From contig CAZDGM010000002.1 in assembly GCA_964505185.1 (NCBI GenBank), positions 72,597-136,596 on the forward strand: a stretch of DNA of 64,000 bases, read 5' to 3'. Positions 57,108 to 64,000 of the stretch are shown one piece after another (within the stretch, counting starts at the first letter, position 1; each line of letters starts with the position of its first letter). Below the pieces are notes generated by a model. That model had not been told where the DNA came from, did not search any database, and saw only the letters and a program-made list of their open reading frames with translations. The translations under genes and the position numbers were made by a program. The DNA is from an uncultured Thermodesulfobacteriota bacterium. Its GTDB lineage: Bacteria > Desulfobacterota > JBBIRW01.

Positions 57108-58179
57108 TAATTGTTGGAATAACAGACATGCCTATCCTCAGAATGTATTTCTGGTCCGGCTCCTCATCAAATACGATCTTTACCGGGATTCTCTGAACAA
57201 CCTTTACATATGTCCCGGTGGCATTTTCGGGGGGAAATAAGGAGAAAACAGAGCCTGTTCCTGCCATAATACTATCAACCCTTCCACTGAATACTTTCCC
57301 CGGATATGTATCAACCCTTATCTGAACTCTCTGATCCGGTCTTACCCTCCCAAGTTGAGTTTCCTTGTAGTTAGCAACAACCCATATTTCATCAAGAGGT
57401 ACTATTGCCATAATAGGCTGTCCTGCATGAACATAATTTCCTTTCTCAACTGCTTTGCGCGTTATATATCCATTTGATGGGGCATAAATGTTTGTATAGC
57501 TTCTGTTTAACTCAGCCTCCTTAAGAAAAGCCTCTTTAAATTTTATTAACGCCTTCTGCGATTCAACGGCAACTTCTGCCTGCTTTGTATTTACAATCTG
57601 TGTGCTTATGGATGCCTCTATTTGCTTTATCTGTTCCTCTGTAGCCTTTACCTGGGCAACTGCTATGTCATAGGCGGTCTTCGCCCTGTCATATTTCTCC
57701 TTTGGAATTACTTCCTCCCTGAGAAGTCCCTCCGCTCTTTCCAGATCTATCCTCGCCTGCCTCATATTTGCTTCTTGAAGTTCAAGATTAGCCTTCGCTG
57801 CCCTGAGTGCTGCCCTGAACTCTTCCAGCTTCTTCCAGGATGATTCGAGATTATAATTTAATTCCAATAACTTCTTCCTCTCTGCTTCCAGCCCGGCCAT
57901 GGCTTTTTTTACCTCCACATCAAAATCCTCCCGCTCTATTTCAACCAATAGATCCCCTTTCTTTACGAATTGATTATCCTCTACATGGACCGCCATAACC
58001 GTACCCGATATCTTTGGGCTGATCCTGTAGATTCGACCCTCTATGAAGGCATCATCCGTTGTAATATGAGTAGCCCTGTATCTAAGATAGAAGAAAATGC
58101 TTATAAACCCTATAAGGAGTAAAAAGCCGAGCGTTGATACTACAACTATCTTCCTTTTTTTATTTTTCTGAATCTCCAT
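57094..58179 (-). CDS. HlyD/EmrA-family membrane fusion protein
   Basis: 361 aa with an N-terminal TM, long coiled-coil and beta-barrel domain. Confidence 0.85.
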   Translation of the reverse strand: MEIQKNKKRKIVVVSTLGFLLLIGFISIFFYLRYRATHITTDDAFIEGRIYRISPKISGTVMAVHVEDNQFVKKGDLLVEIEREDFDVEVKKAMAGLEAERKKLLELNYNLESSWKKLEEFRAALRAAKANLELQEANMRQARIDLERAEGLLREEVIPKEKYDRAKTAYDIAVAQVKATEEQIKQIEASISTQIVNTKQAEVAVESQKALIKFKEAFLKEAELNRSYTNIYAPSNGYITRKAVEKGNYVHAGQPIMAIVPLDEIWVVANYKETQLGRVRPDQRVQIRVDTYPGKVFSGRVDSIMAGTGSVFSLFPPENATGTYVKVVQRIPVKIVFDEEPDQKYILRIGMSVIPTIIVED

Positions 58180-58290
58180 ATAATCTCACCCCTCTTATCA
58201 ACCGTGTATTCATCAATAAAATGTTATTTTAATTGAATCGACAGATTCAAGCAAAGATCATGTTCAATTACAAATCAGAAAACAGAGGTT

Positions 58291-59085
58291 TCAAAGAGGA
58301 TCGTCAGGTTGATGGTATTTTCGGATAATCTGCAAAAATTTCACTATTTCCCTCTGGCTTTTAATATAGTAATCTGCAAATGTTTGTTTTGATCTTCCCA
58401 CGCAAACAGTTATCCCTCTGTCGCGAAGCGCACTGAAGGCACCCTCATCTGTTATATCATCACCTATATATATGGGGAAAAACTCACCATTTAATTTAGA
58501 AAGAAGCCAGAGGGCTGCTCTACCCTTATTCCATGAAGTGGACGGAAATATTTCCAGAACACTTTTCCCTTTTATTATATCCAATCCATATTCCTTGATC
58601 AGTTCACCAGTTGTCTTATAAAATAAACTCAATATGGACGAAACTTTCTCCCTTCCTGCAGCTCTGTAATGTAGGGTTAGCGAATATTTTTTATCTTCAA
58701 TAAACACGCCATCGATATCTCTGAATTTTGTATTAAGTTGTCTTTTAATACGCCTTAGAATCCCTCTTGCCCTTTCAGCATCAGGATGTATGAATCTTAT
58801 ATCTGGTCCGCAGATATCAACACCATGATTTCCTCCGTAATAAATATTTTTGATCCCAACCCTTCTTTTGATATCAGAAAGCGATCTTCCCGTTAAAATT
58901 ATGATTCGAATGCTGGGGAAACAAAGCAGTGCCTTTAGCTCTCTTTTGACATCATCAGTTAGATAACATAAGTCAGGTTCTTTTTTTATTGGAACAAGGG
59001 TACCGTCAAAATCCAGGAATAGTGCTATCTTTCGAATCCTATCAATTCTTGGCGGGCAGTTTTGATGAAAGAAATACAATGCCAT
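58291..59085 (-). CDS. otsB: Trehalose-6-phosphate phosphatase (HAD-IIB)
   Basis: 264 aa with the HAD motif I FLDFDGTL, motifs II/III and a GDDITDE motif IV. Confidence 0.8.
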   Translation of the reverse strand: MALYFFHQNCPPRIDRIRKIALFLDFDGTLVPIKKEPDLCYLTDDVKRELKALLCFPSIRIIILTGRSLSDIKRRVGIKNIYYGGNHGVDICGPDIRFIHPDAERARGILRRIKRQLNTKFRDIDGVFIEDKKYSLTLHYRAAGREKVSSILSLFYKTTGELIKEYGLDIIKGKSVLEIFPSTSWNKGRAALWLLSKLNGEFFPIYIGDDITDEGAFSALRDRGITVCVGRSKQTFADYYIKSQREIVKFLQIIRKYHQPDDPL

Positions 59086-59116
59086 TTCCTACTATTGATT
59101 CCCTTGCAAAAAATAA

Positions 59117-61356
59117 TCATGAAATACGCAACCTTACCAGTGTTTCTATCAGTTTACCTGCCCAACGGTAAATATTATGCTCTCGGAGAACCATCCTCAT
59201 CCTCCTCATCCTTTCCCGCCTCTCTTCAACCTCCATTGTAAGGGCAATCTTAATAGCATCTGCCATCTCCTCGATATTATATGGATTAACAATAAGAGCA
59301 TCCCTCAACTCCCGCGCAGCACCGGTAAACTGACTCAAAATCAGCACACCATCCTCATCAACACGTGTTGCCACAAACTCCTTTGCAACAAGATTCATCC
59401 CATCATGAAGCGATGTCACCATGCATAGATCTGCTATTCTATAAAATTTGTAGATTTCCTCATGACTGTGATGTCCCTTAAGAAATATTATGGGTTTCCA
59501 TACCTTCGATTGAAAGCGCCAGTTGATCCTGTCTACCATCTCCTCAACCTCTGTGATAAGTTCACGGTAACGCCTTATGTGTATGCGGCTTGGTGCACCG
59601 AGCTCTATGAATGTAAAGTTCCCTATATATTCCGGATATTTCTCAAAAAACGCTCAATGGTGCGGAATCTTTCAGGGATCCCCTTTGTATAGTCAATTCG
59701 ATCAACGCCGACACCGATATATTTTGAATGAACATTCATCTCTTTAAGTAGCATTTCCCTGAGCTCCTTTATATCAGAGAACGTTCCCATATCCCTCGAT
59801 AAATCTTCAAAACTAACACTTATGGGAAATGGCCTTATCAGCGTGGAATGTCCTCCCCTCTCTATAAGAAAATGCTCCCAATCAATACGCGATTCAAGAA
59901 ATCTATTAATAGTATCCATAAAATTGTTGCAGAAGAACTGTATGTGAAATCCAATAAGGTCAGCTCCAAGCATTCCTATAAGGATCTCCTCCCTCCACGG
60001 ACATATTCCGAATGATTCAGGGTTTGGCCATGGTATATGCCAGAAGAGCGCAATCCTCGCATCTGGTCGTCTTTTTTTGATCAAAAAAGGAAGAAGTGCA
60101 AAATGATAATCCTGAATAAGAACAATGGGTGATTCCTCATTGGCAACTTCCTTAAGTACTGCCTCCGCAAACTTCTCATTTACCTTCTGATACTGGATCC
60201 AATCCTCCAGTCGAAATATGGGGCGTGTATGGGTAATATGACATAAAGGCCATAGCCCCTCATTGGAAAATCCATAGTAGTAGCCGTCCTCTTCCTCCTT
60301 TGTAAGCCATATCCTCTTCAATGTGTAGGATTCTTCATTGGGTGGAACCCTTATCTTATCATCTCCATCAACTATTTCTCGATCAGCATCTCCGCTTCCG
60401 TGCGCTATCCATACTCCATTGCAAACGCGCATAACTGGATCCAGAGCTGTTACAAGCCCACCCGCAGGGGTGATGCATCTGATCGTCCTTCCATCCCTCA
60501 CATGCATATAAGGTTCTTTGTTTGATATAAGATAGAGTTTCTTATCGCCAAGCTGGGCTTTCATATATTCCTTCAGTCGTGAGGCTGTCCAAAGGGTTTC
60601 CGCCTGCAGACGCAGCATAGCCTCCTCTTCCGCTCTTGCCCGTGCTATAGAAAGACTTTTTGCGAGATGTGTTACCTCCGATATAAGGGGTGACAGGACA
60701 TTGCCCCTCAGATTTTCAGGCTCCATTATGCTCCTCTTACCCATGCGGAGCTCCCTTATCCATTCTGCTATCTGCGCAATAGGACCTGTGATACTCCACC
60801 GGATTACAAATACTGTTGCGACCATGATAAGCACCGATAAGAGAAGGAAACGGATGAAGTTGTATTTCCATATACTGAGAAGCCTTACATCGATATATGA
60901 GGCATCTTGAAAGAGTGCAATAGTCCCTATGAACTCCTCCTCTCTTCTGATGGGAAGTATATATATGTAGAGCTTTTTATCATCAAAATTCACAAATTCA
61001 CCCTTTGGTTTTTTCTCGGTGATGGAATCCACAATATGGGGATAGATTTTATCGATCCTTGTCCTGAGCTCTGATGTTGCAGCTATTATATTTCCATTTC
61101 TATCATAAACAGCTATTCCCTTTAGCCTTTCACGATTTCCAAATTTTTCAACAAATCTGGTCAACCGCTAAATCGAACTAGAACTTATCAGTGTAACAAC
61201 AGACTCCTGAAGACTTTCACCAAGTATTATACTTCTGCGTTCGAGTTCACCGATAAGATGGGCTTTCTCCTCTCTTACTCCATAGAGTGAAAATGCGAGG
61301 GCAGAAAGACCAACGATAAGAATAAGTGATACGACTAGATGCAGGGTTATCTTCAT
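59117..61356 (-). pseudogene. otsA: Transmembrane-sensor-HAMP-OtsA (GT20 trehalose-6-phosphate synthase) fusion, interrupted by an in-frame TAG and a -1 frameshift
   Basis: ORFs 61168-61356 (TM1 + start of the periplasmic domain) and 59623-61164 (rest of the periplasmic domain, TM2, HAMP-like linker, GT20 N-half KLYLISNKEP...GGLVTALDP...) share one frame split only by a TAG at 61168-61170. The GT20 C-half (59117-59539 ORF, ...DGMNLVAKEFVA...LIVNPY...) continues in the -1 frame; translation shows the junction IERFL|EKYPEYIGNFTFIELGAPSRIHIRRYRELITEVEEMVDRINWRF at an A6 run (59645-59650). Confidence 0.6.
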
Positions 61357-61466
61357 CTTTTAAACCGCAAAATCTATTAGCTTCAGAAACAGTCAATGAA
61401 AAAAGGTATTAGAAAGTAAAATAATTCCGACAAAGATAAGAGGATTTTTTGATATTATAGCAAAGA

Positions 61467-62729
61467 TTAAAGAAAAATTTCATCAGAATTGTGGTAGAGG
61501 AATATAAACAGCAGCAGATAGTCTCTCAAATGTCGAGTAATTAAGAAGTTCTGACGAACATGCTCTTTTCCATTCTCACCAAGAAATAGGGCATACTCAG
61601 GATTCCCAAGGAGAAGTTTTATTGCATAGGCTGCACCCTCAATACTGTGACACAGCAGACCCGTAATCCTATTCTTTACCTGAAGAGGGATACCACCTAC
61701 AGCAGATGCAACAATAGGTTTCCCCTTCCAGAGTGCCTCAGTTACTGTAAGACCAAACCCCTCCCTTATTGATTTCTGCACAATAATGGTGGATGCCCTT
61801 TGAAGGGCGTTAATCTCTGTGTCGCTATCCGGTGGAAGAAGCAGCACATGTATATCGGGATTAGAAGATGCCTTCTCTCTGACCTCCTTGAGAACCTTTT
61901 CAGATTCTGGATCATCTGCAGCAGGCCCTCCCGCAAGGACAAGCTGGCAGTTTACGCTCTTCCTCACCATCTCAAATGCCTTAATAACCCCTATCGGGTC
62001 CTTAAGGTAGTCAAAACGTGATATTTGCGTAATTATTGGTCTTTCCCTATCTATACCAAATCTTTTTAACACCGAATCGATGATCTCATCAGGAAGCTCC
62101 ATGTTTTTCCTGCTTAATGGGTCAATAGATGGTGAAATCATGAACTGCCTTATTGGAAGCTCCTGAGCAAAATTCGGTGCTGAAAAAACAGCAGCATCAT
62201 ATTCAACAACAAATCTTCTCAAAAATTCCCATACCCTCCTGTCGGGATTTGATACATCTATGTGGCATCTCCAGATCCACTTTTTACCAATCTCCTTCTT
62301 TTTTTCTACAAGTGCAGCTGGCTGAGGATCATGAATAAAAAAGATATCGCCCTGAAAGTTGATCTCTTCCATATTCCTTTTGTTCACCTCGAGGAATAGA
62401 TCAAACTCCTCAGGGGCAATCTCCTCCTTCCTACCATGTAAGGCGTTGTGAAATCTTTTTGTTAAATTGAAAAACTCCTCACTCCCAGTAATTGTAGTCC
62501 ACCTCGCATCAACCCCAAGCTGCCTCAACAGAGGAATCATTCGTCTTAATATCTCAGCAACACCCCCTCCTATGTATGTGGAATTTATATTCTGAACCAC
62601 CTTTCCGGATAACTTCTCAGCAAGCATCATTAACTCCTCGATGGTGCTTCTCCCAACAATAGGTATATAGTCCTGGATTCTTGGCGATGATTGATAATAA
62701 AACTCCTTCCCCATGGTTTCCTCACGCAA
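61467..62729 (-). CDS. treT: GT4 glycosyltransferase, trehalose synthase TreT-like
   Basis: About 415 aa, YYQSSPRIQDYIP...NSTYIGGGVAEIL..., a GT4 fold resembling trehalose glycosyltransferring synthase. It is adjacent to otsBA. Confidence 0.65.
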   Translation of the reverse strand: MREETMGKEFYYQSSPRIQDYIPIVGRSTIEELMMLAEKLSGKVVQNINSTYIGGGVAEILRRMIPLLRQLGVDARWTTITGSEEFFNLTKRFHNALHGRKEEIAPEEFDLFLEVNKRNMEEINFQGDIFFIHDPQPAALVEKKKEIGKKWIWRCHIDVSNPDRRVWEFLRRFVVEYDAAVFSAPNFAQELPIRQFMISPSIDPLSRKNMELPDEIIDSVLKRFGIDRERPIITQISRFDYLKDPIGVIKAFEMVRKSVNCQLVLAGGPAADDPESEKVLKEVREKASSNPDIHVLLLPPDSDTEINALQRASTIIVQKSIREGFGLTVTEALWKGKPIVASAVGGIPLQVKNRITGLLCHSIEGAAYAIKLLLGNPEYALFLGENGKEHVRQNFLITRHLRDYLLLFIFLYHNSDEIFL

Positions 62730-64000
62730 TGTAAGGCTCTATAATCTTAATTATGACCGACCTCAATCCCTCAAGCGTGTAGCTGTAGGGATCAAGATAG
62801 GCAATCTTTTCTGCAAGTTCCTTCTCATCAAGAGAATCCTCGATCCAGATGGAAAAATCATTAACTAGTCTGTGAAGCCTTAATCTTGACTCAAAGATGT
62901 GAAAATAGAGCGAATGAACACTGATCTTCTTCAGACACTCTACAAACTCCCTCAGATCGTGAGCAACATAGGGAGTGGGCATAATAACACTCACAGATTT
63001 TATAAAGCGGAATTCTCTCCCGGGAGGTGCACCTCTCCCATCCCCGCGGGTTGATAATTCCTCATTTAAAACAGCTATAATCCGTTCCCTTAATTCACCA
63101 ATTGTGGAAAATTCGAAAGTATCTATGCTGGAAAGCCTTTCCGCAAGAACCTCATTCCCGAGCACATCACCAATCCAGAGGGTAAAATCGTTGGGAGGTT
63201 GGGGTGTTAGATAGTGATGTTCTTCCACAAACCTGTGGGTATGGTAATATATTACTGATTCAGGAGCCTCCTTCAAGATATTCACAAGTTCCGATAAGTT
63301 TTTTGCCCTCAATCCCGTGAGCTCTTTTAGATGAAGCCTTGTGCAGAAACGGAAAGGTTGCTCTGCCTTTTTAAGTGATTTCCTGTAAATTGTAACAGTT
63401 GATCTGCAAAATTTGCTATTAGGCACAATGAGTATCATACCATCAGGAGACTTGATCTCGGTCCTCCTCAGCATGATGCGGGTAACATATCCTTCTTCAC
63501 CCGATTCAAGCTTTATATAATCACCTGTTCTTATCGAGCGGGTTCGGGCAATATCAAAACCTGAAAAAACACTCTGAAGTTTTTCACGAAAAATAAGAAT
63601 AATAGCAACAAAGCCCGCCCCAAGGAAAAAATAAGGGGAGTTATTGAAATCCCCAGAACGCTGAGTAAGAAAAGAGCCCCTATAGCGCCGATAACTATTT
63701 TGAGGGCATTCGTGATAACGTATGGTGAAAATAAGGGAGGAAATTTGAGCCCTTCTCTGTAGATATTGAGCAATCTTTCAGAAAGTGCTATGGATGTCCA
63801 TGTAAGCGATATGATAAAAAGGCCCAAAACGACCCTTCCCGCCATTAGCTTAGTTTCCGGTGGAAAATTTATAAATTGAATAGCTATATAGACGCCAAAT
63901 ATCAATGACCAGTGAAAAATCGGCTCACGTATGCTCTCAGAAATTATGCGCCATCCTTCCCATCCACCATTGGAAAAGAGGGCTTCAAAATATACAGGCA
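62722..64000 (-). CDS. MscS-family mechanosensitive channel (5'-partial at window end) with an apparent frameshift and an extended C-terminal tandem-duplicated domain
   Basis: The TM region is in the frame of ORF 63531-63905 and is open upstream to the window edge. The MscS core (RSIRTGDYIKLESGEEGYVTRIMLRRTEIKSPDGMILIVPNSKF) is in the -1 frame continuing into ORF 62722-63474. The frames meet at SLG|AGFVAIILIF near an A6/C4 homopolymer (63618-63631). Confidence 0.55.

Noticed and set aside
61168-61170. In-frame TAG in the sensor-otsA gene as a recoded (pyrrolysine or readthrough) codon
   Set aside because: There are no pyl genes or PYLIS-like context in this window, and the gene also carries a frameshift. 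A nonsense mutation or an error is more parsimonious.
1-64000. CRISPR arrays, rRNA genes, IS elements, transposases, toxin-antitoxin pairs
   Set aside because: No regularly spaced direct repeats, no rRNA-like conserved stretches, and no DDE or HTH-transposase-like ORFs were seen on either strand. The many short ORFs inside large genes are antisense or frame-shadow artifacts.

Overview
The window reads as a 64-kb chromosomal segment of an anaerobic bacterium, dense in housekeeping genes. It carries trpS-scpA-scpB-rluB, glnD, xerD, rpsA-ispH-cmk-aroA-tyrA-aroF-hisC-pheA-accA-miaA, pgi, three tRNAs, tolC and emrAB. Lineage cannot be assigned from this window; an archaeal-type FBP aldolase/phosphatase, a TreT-type trehalose synthase and a DHH-CBS-CCA enzyme are compatible with Thermodesulfobacteriota, Nitrospirota or related anaerobes. 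Genes are mostly on the minus strand. Three accessory modules stand out. (1) Coordinates 1-8003: a class-I benzoyl-CoA-reductase-like five-gene cluster in bzdNOPQM order (two large dehydratase-like subunits, two distinct activator ATPases, a 2[4Fe-4S] ferredoxin). It is followed by a partial gene with a 2Fe-2S domain and preceded by a sigma-54-type promoter, tandem palindromes, and a soluble GAF-PAS histidine kinase plus NtrC-type activator. (2) Coordinates 40550-50753: a histidine kinase whose periplasmic loop carries two CxxCH heme-c motifs, then an NtrC-type sigma-54 activator, a near-consensus sigma-54 promoter and a tight seven-gene operon. The operon encodes a pseudo-receiver, a pentaheme cytochrome c, a Psr/NrfC-type FeS subunit, an NrfD-type membrane subunit, an SPFH/stomatin protein, a Tat-exported Mo-bisPGD catalytic subunit and a membrane hexaheme cytochrome c. 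This is the best candidate for an undescribed respiratory system. (3) Coordinates 58291-64000: an osmoadaptation locus with otsB, a transmembrane-sensor-HAMP-OtsA fusion carrying an in-frame TAG and a homopolymer frameshift, treT, and an MscS-like channel with a homopolymer frameshift and a tandem-duplicated C-terminal domain. A secreted FecR-like protein with an unusually Trp/Tyr/Gly-rich repeat block is also present. No CRISPR arrays, rRNAs, IS elements or transposases were seen. The gene disruptions found (two frameshifts and one start-codon problem) all sit at A6-A7 homopolymers, which may point to assembly error rather than true pseudogenes.
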